Positions 39,827 to 53,069 are shown, counted from the stretch's first letter. The stretch is 64,000 bases of DNA from Octopus vulgaris (GCA_951406725.2 OX597823.1:4092001-4156000), one strand, 5' to 3'. Translations and numbers: made by a program. The notes: a model not told the origin generated them from the sequence alone.

Positions 39827-39993
39827 ATATCTGATGTCGTTGTGCCTGGCCAGCCCGAAAACCTTACTGCTAAAGAAGCTCTTCTCCTATGGAGTCGCCG
39901 AACAACAGAGGGCTATCCTGGTATTAAAGTTACAGACTTCTCTACAAGCTGGCGGGATGGCAAAGCCTTCCTTTCCATAATCCACAGACACAG
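39827..39993 (+). CDS. shot: Spectraplakin exon: start of CH2
   Basis: Long pyrimidine tract, ctctAG|ATA...AG|GTAAGA; [56 protein letters not shown]; phase 0/2; continues ...HFQ in frame. Confidence 0.97.
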
Positions 39994-41555
39994 GTAAGAG
40001 TTGAAAGATCTTGTAGATTATGTAGCTTCACTTTTACCATTATATGCCTGTCTTTCTGATTATTTGTTTCCTTATTAGACTAACTCATTCTAGCATGAGA
40101 AAGTGAAATGATTGTAGATTGGCAGAATCAGAACATCCTTATGGTGTCTGTTCTGATTTTCCACATTCTGAGTTCAAATCCCACCAAAGTCAGCAGTCTC
40201 TTTCCTTCCTTTGGAGTTAATGAATTACTGGTCAAGTATTGGGGTTGATGCACTCAGCTGTTCTCTCTTTTCCACCAAAAATTCAGGGCTTGTACCTATA
40301 TTTGGAACAGTTGTTATTCAAGGGTGGGGGGGAATTGGGAGAATTGGTAGAGCATCAAGCAAAATATCTTGTATTTGGATAGAGCGCCTCTGTTCTAAGG
40401 TCAAATTACACTGAGGTCGACTTTGTCTTTCTGGGGTCATCATCATTATCGTTTAACATTCGCTTTCTCTGCTGGCATGGGTTGGACGGTTTGACTAAGG
40501 ACTGGCAAGTCAGAAGGTTGCACCAGGCTCCAATCCGATCTGGCAGTGTTTCTACAGCTGGATGCTCTTCTTAATGCCAACCACTCCAAGAGTGTAGTGG
40601 ATGCTTTTTACATGATACTGGCATCGACCACGCTTGAATGGTGCTTTTTACGTGCCACCAGCATGGGAGCCAGTCAGGCGGCACTGGCACCAACCATGCT
40701 TGAATGGTGCTTTTATTGTGCCACTGGCGGTCAATAAAATAAAACACCAGTCAAATACTAGGGTTGATCTAATCAAATTAACTTCTGCTCCTAAATTTCA
40801 TGTTTTGTGACTGTTAGAAACAATTATTATTTCAGTGGCAAAAATGGTTAAGATTAATGTCTGCATTCTAAGCATGTGCCTGTAGATTGGAGAACAATAG
40901 TTGTGTGAGGGTTTGTGCCTTTGGTGGTCAGGGTAAACCTGGTTCTGGGAGGTTCCTTGTTTGGTGCTAGTTTGAGGTTTTCCTGTAGCAGGAGGACAGC
41001 ATCATAAATACGTGAACATACCTTATATATTATATATACTTTTCTCTTGTTTCATCTTTCTTCCCCACCCATCTTTTATATAACCCCCCCCACACACACA
41101 CAGGTTGTAGACTATCATTGTGATGACCCCTTCATCTATGCCCCTATAGCAACTGTCTTTACTTCTGAGTTCAAATTCCACCAAGGTTGACTTTGCCTTT
41201 CATCCTTTCTTGGTTGATAAAATAAGTACCAGTTAAATACTGGGGTTGATGGAATCGATTTAAGCCTTCCTCTGAAATTGCTAGCCATGTACCAAAACTT
41301 GAAATTATTATTATTGTTGTTGTTGTTATTTACCTGATACAAGACTGTTTGTGTCTCAGTTTAAAAGTTAAAATCATGCGTGTGGCTTCATGCTGATGGA
41401 TGTATCTAGCTGTGTCTATCATTAAGGATACAAAGCCCATCAGTATCTGGGCTATCAAATGCTGACCTTAGGTTGTGTCATCCTGTCTCTAGCAAAGGCA
41501 CCTAACTTTCTATCACACAGTCTATAAATAGATGCCAAATGTAAACATTCACAAA

Positions 41556-42206
41556 CTAGAAGGGTTGCCGGTCATATAACAAGAAAAAAGCAAAATACGT
41601 CTCTGAAGGTATGAGTCCCAATAATGCTTCTAAGAAATTCAGATCCTCCTAAATTTTGCAATGGGACAAGGTTGATTGTGAAGACATTTCCACCTAATGT
41701 GACAGAAGCTGCCATCATCAATAGATGTGCTTCTGGGGAAGAGGCTTTCATTCCAAGAATTCCAATCAAACCAACAGACTTGCCATTTGAGTTCAAATGA
41801 ACACAATTCCCAGTGTAACTTTGCTTTGCAATGGCTATTGATAAAGCTCAAGGTCAGTCTTTGAAATCTGCTGGCTTGCTTTTCTCGTGGTCACCTTTAT
41901 GTTGGTTGCTCCAGGGTAGGTAATTTGCAAGACTTTTATTTGTCTATGCCCCAAACCAGAAAACAAAGAAGTTCTTATGTAATTTCCTTCAACATAAGTG
42001 GTAGAATTTATCTCCTTTCATAAAAGGGGTAAATTTTGTATTTTCGGTTATTATTATTATTTTTTGTATTATGAATTCAGAATTGATTTCCCAATTGAAG
42101 AATAAATTGAATTTAGAATGACAAATTTCTATACAACATATTTTGCTTTTTTCTTCTAATATATAAGGAAAAATTTTATTCCTGGGCCACGCCGGGTGCC
42201 TCTGTA
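41556..42206 (+). mobile_element. Helitron remnant: PIF1-family helicase C-terminus plus 3' hairpin
   Basis: From 41603: LKV*VPIMLLRNSDPPKFCNGTRLIVK...FIPRIPIKPTDLPFEFK*TQFPV*LCFAMAIDKAQGQSL, then GHLYVGCSRV; GC-rich hairpin CCTGGGCCACGCCGGG near 42181. Confidence 0.88.
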
Positions 42207-42293
42207 TTTTTACAAACTTCTTTGAGATTTAGAATCTGTTTCTTTTTTCTTTTTGCCTAAGTTTATCTTTTTTTCTTCTTTTTTCTCTTTTAG

Positions 42294-42409
42294 ACCTGAC
42301 TTAGTCGATTATAGGCAGGTGCGAAGAAATACTCCACGACAGAATCTAAATTTGGCTTTTAACATTGCTGAATCTGAATTTGGCGTTACCAAATTGCTGG
42401 ATGCAGAAG
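42294..42409 (+). CDS. shot: Spectraplakin exon: CH2 middle
   Basis: ttttAG|A...G|GTAAAT; PDLVDYRQVRRNTPRQNLNLAFNIAESEFGVTKLLDAE; phase 2/1. Confidence 0.96.
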
Positions 42410-43420
42410 GTAAATTCTTATTTTCCTTAAAATGTTTATTTTTTAATTTCCAAAGTTGTTGACTTATTGCCAATGGATACGGAACCGATTTTTGTAGAGA
42501 ATAGTTACAGTCTTATTTGAATTTATCCTATTTATTATATTGCTGGTTGTAATTAGCATGAGTCTGTGTTGTCACTCAACCTGCTAGAAATAGTAGCAAA
42601 ATTACCCCTAAATCACACTCCACTGTCCTAAAAAAAACAGGATGCTTTCGATAGCATAGCTCTAGAGGAACACAAGGTTTTCAATACCCATACTGACAGT
42701 CATTGGTCATTTAAGGGCTGCTAAAATAAACAAACATAAATATATGATGTTATTCTCTTTGCACACTGAAAAATAAAGGCTATTACCCTGGTATGTTTCA
42801 TGGCTGGTTGGCCACCCTTCAGAGGATATGTACCCCTCATTCTCTTGCCCACGGAGAAAACTTAATACATATAGCTATTTAGATCAAACACAAACTAGGA
42901 CAGCCTAGCTGAAATTTGCACATTATGCATTTGTCAATGGTAGAATTAAGGAAATCTCCTTAATTTTACTCTGTGTGCAAAGAGAAAAAATAAGAGATGT
43001 GTACATTTGTTGTCTTTCCATAGCAATGAGAGTATTATAAACGATAGGCTAACTACATTATTATTATTATTATTATTATTTTTAGAAATACACAAACACA
43101 CAAAATTTCAGGCCTTACGCTTATAGTAGAAAAGATTAATTTAATCAGAATTTGCAAAGTGACTCAAGGGACAAGAGTTTCATACAAGCCTTTGAATCAC
43201 TTTGTAACTTCTACTAAGTAAAATAATAGTATATATATATATATGCATTTTGTGTGTGTAAAGAGCAAGTTTTACTATCAGCATTTAGTATAAGAAACAT
43301 TAAGCCCAAACAGTGTAATACTTATTGAGTTCATTCTTTAATTTAAGCTTTAGTTCCGGTACTATTGGAAGTTGGAAAAAGACTTAACTTGGAACTTTTT
43401 TTTTTCTTTCCTTGTTGCAG

Positions 43421-43527
43421 ATGTCGATGTTCAGGAGCCAGATGAGAAGTCTGTTATAACATACGTGTCGTCATTATATGATGTCTTTCCAGATGTTCCG
43501 AGTGTTGAACAATCTCTAAGAGATAAT
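43421..43527 (+). CDS. shot: Spectraplakin exon: CH2 end
   Basis: ttgcAG|AT...AAT|GTAAGA; [36 protein letters not shown] (PDEKS-ITYVS motif); phase 1/0. Confidence 0.96.
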
Positions 43528-43986
43528 GTAAGAACCTAACAACCATTTGTTACTGAATTGTCATACATATTATATATAGCCACATAATATAATATATAAA
43601 ATGTTTGTATGTATAATGTGTGTGTGTGTGTGTGTGTATATATATGTATGTGTATGTATGTACACACATAAATACATACACATGTATAAATTATGTATAT
43701 AATGCATTTGTGTGTGTATTTATATAAATACATATAAATATATATATAAAATATGTCTATAATGTATTTATGTGTATACACACACACACACACGCATGTA
43801 TAAAATATGAATATAATGTAGAGTAACCTTTCTCATGAACCCAGTGAAACCCTTCAGTAGTGGATTTCAGCTTGTGACCCCTGATGGCCTGGCTTTCTTT
43901 TGCTTTCTGATCCCTAAGACAAACTCACAATACATAACTTGAAGTCCTCGTGAAATAACCCAGACAACAACACTGTTTCTTTGTAG

Positions 43987-44106
43987 GAGCGACAAATAAA
44001 AGTTGAGGAATACCGTGAGCTCACAACCTCTTTACTTGCCTGGACCAAAGAGAAAACTGCAATGCTGCTGAATCGGAACTTTCCCAGCACTTTGATCGAG
44101 ATGAGG
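43987..44106 (+). CDS. shot: Spectraplakin exon: plakin domain spectrin repeat
   Basis: ttgtAG|GAG...AGG|GTGAGT; ERQIKVEEYRELTTSLLAWTKEKTAMLLNRNFPSTLIEMR; phase 0/0. Confidence 0.94.
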
Positions 44107-44164
44107 GTGAGTAAGAGTTTCTCCCACAAGATGTTTGATTCTTTATAATAAATGATAACAATAA

Positions 44165-44465
44165 TAATTAATGAAATTATTGTGTATAGTGCTCAGGTGC
44201 ACTACAACTCATCAAAGGTGCAGGTACAGCACAGAATTATGTACAAAAGTCAGGAAAGTGAACAGTGTATGAGTTATAATATACATGTGTGCATGTGTAT
44301 GGTGGGTGGGGATATCGGGTGTAGTGTTGGTGAATTTCAGGAAGCATGGAGATTTTAAAGGATGCAGTGTCTCGGCAGCTAACAACTGATGCAGGCAGTT
44401 TGTTCCATGCTTCAGCAACTCTGAGTGAGAAACAATGTTTCCGAAAGTCATGGGAGTTGTGCATA
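44165..44465 (-). mobile_element. CR1/L2-clade LINE 3' end; related older copy at about 52075-52365 (-)
   Basis: HDFRKHCFSLRVAEAWNKLPASVVSCRDTASFK matches the RxxFFSxRVxxxWNxLP...FK terminal motif of CR1/L2 ORF2. Confidence 0.8.
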
Positions 44466-45995
44466 AAATAGCAAAAAATTTTGTTTATTCAACCAATGTT
44501 TTTGCTGTTCTTTTCCTTGTCTGCCCCTCTTTTGGAATGAAGCTGCACATGGCCTAGTGGTTAGAGTGTTGCACCCATGATCTCAAGATCATGGTTTCAA
44601 TTTCTCGACTGGCCGATGCATTGTGTTCTTGTGCAAAACACTTCATTTTCACATTGTTCTAGTCCCACTCAGTTGTAGATGAGTAACTCTGCATTGGACT
44701 GGCATCTCATCCAGGGGGAATGTTGTGCTCTCAGTCACCTGCAAGCTATAGAAACCAGGAAACTAAACTTATGAATTCCAGGATTTGAGAATATGGTTTC
44801 TTCTGTATGAGTAGATTTGGTTGACAGAAACTGCGAAAAAGCCAGAGGAGAGAGAGAGAAGGGGGGGGTCTGTCTGTGCTATTGTTTTGTTGAGTGGTGT
44901 TTGTGTCATTTCATCCACTTGATGCATTTGAAACTGTGAAATATGAAATCCTGTGCTTGGAAAACAGATAAGGGTTAGCATCAGGAAGGGCATCCAGCTG
45001 TAAAATAATGCCTCAATAATTTGTCTAACCTATTCTAACAAAGAACAAATATAGAAAACAAATGAATGAGTAATTCCTTTTTTCTCAATACATTTAAGTT
45101 GTTTGAATGATTTCTAAGGGTTACTTGTTTGCTCTGTAAAAGCTTTATTTTTGTGTGTTTCATGTCCTCAAGTACTTTTTTGTTGTCTGCGAAAGTGAAA
45201 TTGTAAATATTTCCTTCTTCCCAAGGAGATTGCAAGTGAAATTTCCCCCATGTCTTCATTACGGTATTTTCTCGAGCATCAGAAATACTTAAGAATACTT
45301 TGATCATACTTTACATTCTCAGTTCAAATTCCACCCAACTCTTGGGTGAGAGGATAAAAATCCAGCACCAGTCAAATACTGGGGGTGGGGTGGGGGGATA
45401 TAATCGACTACCCATCATCATCATCATCATCATCATCATTGTTTAACACCCGTTTTCCATGCTGGCATGCGTTGGACGGTTTGACTGGGGACTGGCAAGC
45501 TAGGAGGCCACACCAGGCTCCAATCTGATCTGGCAATGTTTCTATGGTTGGATGCCCTTCCTAATGCCTACCACTCCAAGAGTGTAGTGGGTGCTTTTCA
45601 CATACCACTGGCACAGGAGCCAGTCAGATGGCACTGGCATTGGCCATGTTTGGATGGTGTTTTTTACGGGCTACCGGCACAGGAGCCAGTTGAGGTGGGG
45701 GTACTGGCATTGAAAAACATTGAACCACCAGCACGGGGAGCCAGTCGGGCAGCACTGGCAATGACCCATGCATGCATGGTGTTTATTGCACGGGAGCCAG
45801 GCTGCACTGGCATCAGCCACAACTACTCGTTTCCTCAAAATTTCAGGCTTTGTGCCTGAATCATTATCATTAGAATCATTATCTAAGATCATTCTAATAT
45901 AGTTTGTCAAAATATATTCTCTTGTTTGAAAATTTAAAAGCAAAGGAAAAAAAAAAAGCTGTTTCCCTCTGACATTTAATGTTTCTCTTTGATAG

Positions 45996-46091
45996 TCACT
46001 TCTGGCAGATTTTAGTAGATTCAGATTGGAAGAAGTTCCTCCTCGAATTGAACTGAAACAAAAACTCTTTCGATTATTTGATGAAATTCAA
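45996..46091 (+). CDS. shot: Spectraplakin exon: plakin domain
   Basis: gatAG|TCA...CAA|GTAAGT; SLLADFSRFRLEEVPPRIELKQKLFRLFDEIQ; phase 0/0. Confidence 0.92.
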
Positions 46092-46529
46092 GTAAGTTTC
46101 CAGTCCAATTTGCTTAATTATTTCATTTATTTTTGCTTTAACCCTTTTGATCCCAAACTGCCTGAAACTCCCTCGGTTCTATGATACAAACTTCTTGTTT
46201 TCAACTCATCTAAATTCAAACCTTCCATCAAAATTTCCTATTAATTTATATTCTAAACACTATTAATAATGGCAAAGTTATTCTAATGAATTCTTCAATA
46301 CTTTCAAAATTAACTGAAGCAAAAGCAGTGTATTTCAACAGAAATATGGTAAGGAGTTCAAAGGTATCCCAACCATGGCCACCCAGTCATTTTTTTATTT
46401 AATTACAATAAATCCCAGACTACATCATTCAATGTGATTTAACCTTTAGATACCAATCCACCTGAAGTCATCCCCGGTTCTATGATAAAAACGTTTTAAA
46501 CTTATCTAAATTAAAACCTTTCATTTTTG

Positions 46530-46801
46530 GATTTAGTTTGCAAGATTCTTTATGTGAGTTTGTGTGTTGAAGCATATTCTGTTGTGTCTGGGGAGAGTCA
46601 TTCTCTTTTTGTGCCTTATAATTTAATACACTCACCGGTAAAATTTCCACTCATTTACTTATTTATTCCAATATTGAAAAGGTTGCAGATGCAACGAAAA
46701 TTTTAGAAAAATAAATAAGTTAATGAGTGGAAATTTTACTGGTGAGTGTGTTAAATAATAAGGCACTAAAAGAGGATGACTCTCCCCAGACACAACAGAA
46801 T
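46530..46801. repeat. Fold-back (long inverted repeat) element, nested in a TTAA MITE
   Basis: Arms about 46576-46665 and 46712-46801 are near-perfect reverse complements. Confidence 0.85.
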
Positions 46802-47124
46802 TACAACCTGTTCTTAAGTCAAAACTTCCCATCAAAATTTCATGTACCAAACATCAACTTAATGACAGTTCTTTTACCACATTCTTCATTATTTTCAAAA
46901 TAATTTAAAACAAAGTATATATTAACAGAAATATGGTAACAAAACGGTTAAGAATATTCACTTTTAATTTACATCATCGTTAAATACTTCTAAAACTAAA
47001 AGGATTTCACACTAATTTTGTTTCTTATAATGTAAAATGTTTTTGTTGTTTTATTTCAATTTTATTTTAACGAGTAATTTTTAAATGATTTTATAATTAA
47101 AATATTTTCTTCTTTCTTATATAG

Positions 47125-47255
47125 GCTCTTAGCAATGACACGTTACCCCTTGGATTAGAAGATGAATTGTACCCCAAAAATGTAGAAAGACTATTCAGCC
47201 GCTTTTTATTGGCACAACAAGAAAAAGATATGGCCATCCAATCAGAACTTGTTAG
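47125..47255 (+). CDS. shot: Spectraplakin exon: plakin domain
   Basis: atAG|GCT...AG|GTAACA; ALSNDTLPLGLEDELYPKNVERLFSRFLLAQQEKDMAIQSELVR; phase 0/2. Confidence 0.92.
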
Positions 47256-47585
47256 GTAACATAATTTATGTTTATGGAAAACAAAATAGGAAAAATTGTT
47301 TAAATACTATTTAGTTCCACCATCTGATGCATGTCTCGTTAACTAAGAATAATTAGTCATGTGATGTAGATTATATAAGATGGAGTATTTGTTTGAATTA
47401 TGGTCTCTTCCCATATCTTTACCGGACATGTCCATCCATCCATCCATCCATCCACCATTTCTTTCTAAATTTTTTTTTCTTTCTCTCCCTCCCCGAATTA
47501 GTTTTTTTTTTTTTTTTTTTTTGTCTCATTCACATTTCCCTCCTTCCTTTTTTTTTATTTCTAATATGAAAATGCTGTTTTACAG

Positions 47586-47679
47586 GTTAGAAAGACTACA
47601 ACGCCTGGCCGAAAAAATCCACAGAGAAGCCAAAATAAGTGAAGATAGTCTAAGTGACATAGAATGGCGGATATTGGGG
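47586..47679 (+). CDS. shot: Spectraplakin exon: plakin domain
   Basis: tacAG|G...GGG|GTAAGA; LERLQRLAEKIHREAKISEDSLSDIEWRILG (conserved RLERLQRLAEK motif); phase 2/0. Confidence 0.94.
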
Positions 47680-48807
47680 GTAAGATTCTCTTTCTACCAA
47701 TAAATATATCTCTAGCAGTTTCTTTTATTTCAAGACAGTATCATTCAGTTTTTATTCACTGACAGATTATTGAAAATATTTCTGTTATCTGATTGTCAGT
47801 TAACCGTTTTGATTTCAACCCATCTGAGACCATCTCTGATTCTTTGAAAAAAGAAAAAAAATACACTTATTCATACATCATGTAACTGACCAGACAAACA
47901 GATGTTGTTACACGTTGTTGGTCACAACGTGCTTTGCATCATTTTAGCCTTCGAATGACACCACCCTGCTGGCTAGGTGACCAGGCTGACATTCCCTCTG
48001 GAGACTGGAGCAACATGAAGTGAAGTGTTTTGCTCAAGAACATAATGCACTGCCCAGTCTGGAATCGAACCTACAGTCTCAGCCTAACCACTGAGCCACA
48101 CGCTTTCACCTGTTCATACATATGTAAATTAAATTCTTCCCTGGTAATTTTATATAAGAAACTTTAAGTTACATTAACCTTTTTTTAAACATGTTTCTGT
48201 TGAATTACTTTGCCCTTTATTTCAATTAATTTTAAAAATAAAAAAGGATTTAGCAAAATAATTGTTATTAGTGACTGGGTTTTTTAAGATGCTGAGATGC
48301 CAGAATTGTTTCCATTCTGGACAGAATGCTTAAAGGCATTTCTTCAGACTTCACATTCTGATTTCAAATGCCGCCAGGGTCGACTTTGCCTTTAATCCTT
48401 TTGGGGTGAATAAAATAAGTAACAGTTGAGCACTGGGGTTGATATGATTGACTTATCCCTCCCCCAAAATTGCTGGCTTTGTGCCACAATTTGAAAGCAA
48501 TAAGCTGGGTGTTTGAAACAACATGAAATTTTGATGGGCCGTTTTAAGCTTACCTAACTTTAAAAAGTGGAAGCCTCTTATTAATTAGGAGTAATTTCAT
48601 ATGAGTTGCTATCAAAAGTTAATACGAAAATATAAAGTTAATAAAACTAAATACTGATTATTTTCAAAAATGATAAAAATATGTATGTGTTTCTAATAAC
48701 ATGACCTTTAAAAGTTGCATCATTAGAAATCTGACCTTGAAAGGGTTAGATAATGGTAACTCACAATACTCCATATATTAAAAGCAGTTTCCAGATACAA
48801 ACTTGAT

Positions 48808-49006
48808 TTAACTCTTTAGCATTCAGATTTCTCTATCAAACGTAATTTTATTGTCATTGCTTTGAATTAATCATGTATTATCTCATGACTAGTGATTATT
48901 TTTACAATAGCATTGTAGGGTAGGTGTAAGAAGCTAGATAGAGACAGTTTGAACATAAAACAGAATATTTTAGCTTATATGGCTTGTTTAAATGCTAAAG
49001 GGTTAA
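48808..49006. mobile_element. TTAA-flanked MITE family E; other copies near 55005-55221 and 18617-18792
   Basis: TTAACTCTTTAGCATT ... AATGCTAAAGGGTTAA terminal inverted repeats. Confidence 0.7.
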
Positions 49007-49312
49007 ATTGTATTACCCCTTTCGTTACTGTATTTCTGTTGAGATGCTCTGTGTTTCTTTCAATTAATTTTAAATATAGCAAAGACCTTAGTAAAATAAC
49101 TTAGTTATCATTAAGTTAGTGTCAGGAACATAAACTGTGGCTAAGATTTGGTGGAAGATTTTAATTCAAAAGTAATGTAAACAAGACATTTGTACTACAG
49201 AGCCAGAGGCGGTTTCAACTGGGTTGGTATTGAAAGGGTTAAGCAGGCTTGTAATTTTGAATAATCAAAAGAAGCAACTTTTAATTAATTTATTTGTTTG
49301 TTTTGCCATTAG

Positions 49313-49476
49313 GAGGAGAGAAGAATTGATAAGCTTCATCCTGTTGAAGCAAAGCGTTGCTGTGATAGCTTAGACAGATCTCTGCAAAACATTGAAGAAT
49401 CCACAAGAAGTTTGTTTCGGGATATACAAACATTAAAAGATGGATCTTACCCTCAAACGGATTCATTTTACAAACG
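49313..49476 (+). CDS. shot: Spectraplakin exon: plakin domain
   Basis: attAG|GAG...CG|GTAACT; EERRIDKLHPVEAKRCCDSLDRSLQNIEESTRSLFRDIQTLKDGSYPQTDSFYKR; phase 0/2. Confidence 0.93.
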
Positions 49477-50822
49477 GTAACTCATTCTTCTCTTTTTGTC
49501 AGACATGGAAACAATATTTCTTTTCATGATGAATATTATTGTCGTTGTTGTTGTTATTGCTATTGTGGCAAACTGGCAGAACCATTAGTGCATTAGACTA
49601 AGTGCTTCTGACCCCATTCACTTGTACTCACACTCATATTTTGAGTGTCCACTTCCACTCTGTTTCCAGCTCCACCCTCCTTCCTCCCACTCACTCTTCT
49701 GTATTGTGTCTTGCTATTTTGCTTGTCTCCTGCAATAAAGTTGTTCTGTTCTGAACTTCTTTCACACTTTGATCCCTCATCTCCTGGCATAAAACTGTCC
49801 CTTTCCTACTGTAGCCCCGCTCAATCAAAAAGGATCTTGGGTTGTGAGCTGCATGGTGCCCTCACTAGTTCTGGTCCTATGACAAAAACACAAAGCCTTC
49901 AGTACACTCTGTGAAGTGTTGGGAAGGCATCAAGCCATAGAAACTCCACCAAAGCAAAGTATAAAGCCCGATGGAGTCCTTGGATCTGTCAAACCCTGTC
50001 AAATGGTACAACTCATTCCAGCATGGAAGATGAACGTTAAAGGATGATGGTGAAAGTTTGTACAGTTGGATTAAAGCTGAAATGCCTCACCTACATCAGC
50101 AAAGATTCTTTTGGTTCTAAGGTCTTGCATTGAAACTCACTTTACATATTTTGCTGTGTAGCCCATGAGTTGTATATTTAATTTTATGTGGTCCAATGGT
50201 TGGGATGTTGCACTCACAATCGCCTGTTTGTGGGTTCAATTCCCAGACCAGGTGGTGTGTTGTGTTCTTGAACAAACCATTTCATTTCACATTGCTTTTG
50301 TTCTGTGGGGAGACCAGCAAGTCAAAGAATAGACTGAATGTTTCCTCTTTGTGTTGTAGAAGGTGAGGTAGGATATGCACTCCGACCTTTAAAGCCCTCA
50401 CCAGCAATGACTACCCAAAAAGAGACCCATGGTTTGGAAGGTTGTCACCTGAATGGTGCAAAGGTGTCATCTGCTAGGAGCAGGGAACCACCAACAAATG
50501 GTAGATGCAGTGATGCACTGTTACAGCACAGGCCCCCATGCTGCTGCTGCTACTACTACTACTACCATCACCACCACTGTGTCATTTCACCTATCTGTCA
50601 GAAATATGAACAGGAGTTGTTTAATATAGACTGGCATCCCATTCCAGGAGAGATTCATCTCTCATCTATTTTCATGCTCCAACACTGAAGTTTAAACTCT
50701 TGAATATAGAATCTTGAGGAAGCTTGGAAATATTCATTTTTTAACAAACGAACATGATGGATGAAATAATGGAGTCACCGTGCAGCGGTCAAAGCTTAAT
50801 ACAACTTTTCTTCTCTCTGCAG

Positions 50823-51027
50823 AGTTTCCACATTGCAAGCCCGGGTTTCTACATTAAGGACCAAATTGTACAAAGATGTGATTCAAAAACTGTTGTCTCG
50901 ATCTTATGTTGAGGAAGGCATTACTGTCACAAAACGCAAGGAAATTCTCACGGAAGTGCAATTAGTAGAAACAAATGAATCCTTCAAACATTTACAGAAC
51001 TGCCTCAATTGGATCGAAGCCAAACAG
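50823..51027 (+). CDS. shot: Spectraplakin exon: plakin domain, linker and next repeat
   Basis: ctgcAG|A...CAG|GTACTT; VSTLQARVSTLRTKLYKDVIQKLLSRSYVEEG...ETNESFKHLQNCLNWIEAKQ; phase 2/0. Confidence 0.93.
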
Positions 51028-51243
51028 GTACTTGGCCCTTGGGCCATTCCTTTGTCCTTTTTTTTATATATTCATGTCATGTGATTACTTTCAGCCTAAA
51101 AAAAGTCTTGTATTGATTTGAGATAACTCCAGGCCAAAATTCTTTAAAACCCAATAAAATTCTATGAATTGATCAACTGTTCCCCATAATCCTTTCAAAA
51201 CTTGGTGAGTTGCAAATCTATTTTGTCCTTTGTTCATTTTCAG

Positions 51244-51372
51244 CGATCCATTGAAGCTGCCGGTTATGGAACCGATGTAACATCTGTCCATAAAGCATTA
51301 GAACAACATCAATATGACCATAAAAATATTTTGGAATTTCGCTCAGAAGTTGAGAAATGTAAACTAAATAAA
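51244..51372 (+). CDS. shot: Spectraplakin exon: plakin domain
   Basis: ttttcAG|CGA...AAA|GTAAGT; RSIEAAGYGTDVTSVHKALEQHQYDHKNILEFRSEVEKCKLNK (YGxDxxSV spectrin-repeat turn); phase 0/0. Confidence 0.93.
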
Positions 51373-52365
51373 GTAAGTTGAATCTATTTGCTTTTTTAAA
51401 TTTATTTTCATCTTTTCTTTTGCATCTGTTCGACTCAGTTGCCTCAAGGGCAGCTATTTTGATAGTGTGTGTCTTCCCAAAAACTTTCTGATTTAACTCT
51501 TTTGGTAAAAACCTACTTTAGACCACTTTTGGATCATCATCAAATGTCTGCTTTCCATGCTGGCATGGATTGGATGAATTGGCTACTAAGTTGGAGAGCT
51601 ACACCAGGTTCCAGTTGTCTGTTTTAGCATGATTTCTTTGACTGGATGTCCTTCCTAATGCCAACCACTTTACAGAGTGTTTTTTCAGGTTGTTTTTTTA
51701 CATGGCACCAGCACACCTTGATGTGTCGATTATAATGGTTTCAAATCTTGACACAAGGCCGGCAAATTCTGGGACATTAATTGCTGTGGCCAGCTGGAAC
51801 TTTATTTTATCAACTTCAGAAGAAAGAATGGCAAAAGCAATGTCAGTGGATGTTTGAACTCAGAATGTGGAGGGCAAAGAAATACAGCTAACAATTCTGC
51901 CCGTTCGCTCCTTAAATCAGAGGGGACAGAAAGCAGTGATAAGTCGAGTGAAGAAAGACAGCAACGGTAGCCATTAGTAGATTCATAACATACAGAGTAA
52001 AAGACAGAAAAGGAAACTGTTTAAAGAGCCATAAAGAGGAAAAAAGGGGGCTGAAGTAGGTCAGGGATGGTATTGGGAAATTTTGGGAAGGATGTCATTT
52101 TTTAAGGATGCAGTATCCTGTCTATTAACAAACAAACAGGTTGTTCATTCCATGCTTTCACAATTTTAAGGGTGAAGAATTGATTTCTGAAACAATTTGG
52201 TGCTGTGCAGTTTTTTAATTTTACAATTCTCTCCATGGATGGTAGAGGTGTTGGATTGAAAAAGATGGCCAAAATTGTTGTTGGAAAGATAATGGATAAT
52301 CTTATGGGCTTCTAAGTCAGTTGTTAAGCATCAAAGCTTTAGTGTGTTGATTCCCAGATAAGCAA

Positions 52366-52399
<34 letters not shown>

Positions 52400-52991
52400 A
52401 TATTTTGTTTCAATGTATGAATATATGTTTGTGTGTGGATGTGTGTACATCAATAGAGAGAACTGAAGCATTAGTGTAACCAGTGTTCTGTTGATCTGAA
52501 GAGCAAGCCTTCAACATCTGCATTAATAGTCATGAGCAATGTATAGCATACATATTGGTGTAGACATGTAAAATAGTTTATTATACACTGAAATTATCAC
52601 ATGATAAGGGCTGTGAAATGGCCATCACCGTATGGATATCAAATGGTTTAACCCTTTTGTTACCATATTTCTGTTGAGATGCTTTGTGTTTCTTTCAATT
52701 AATTTTAAATATAATAAAGAATTTAATAAAATAACTTAGTTATCATTCAGCAAGTGTTAGGAACATTAATTGTGACTCAGGTTTGGTGGAAGATTTTAAT
52801 TCAGAACTCATGAAAACAAGACATTTGTACTCAGAGCCAGAGCTGGTTTCAACTGGTTTGGTAACAAAAGGGTTAATAAATATATTCACTTCTCATACTT
52901 CCTGATGTTTTATGATACATGTATGTATGTAAATGTAGTTTTTCATTGGTATATAACATTTTTATGTGATGTCTCTTATTTCTCTCTGCAG

Positions 52992-53069
52992 AGAGGACTC
53001 TCATCTGATGAACAATTGCTTTATAACGAATGGCTGTCCAAGGTGGAGATTGCCTATTCATTACTCACT
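52992..53069 (+). CDS. shot: Spectraplakin exon: plakin domain
   Basis: ctgcAG|AGA...ACT|GTAAGT; RGLSSDEQLLYNEWLSKVEIAYSLLT; phase 0/0. Confidence 0.9.
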
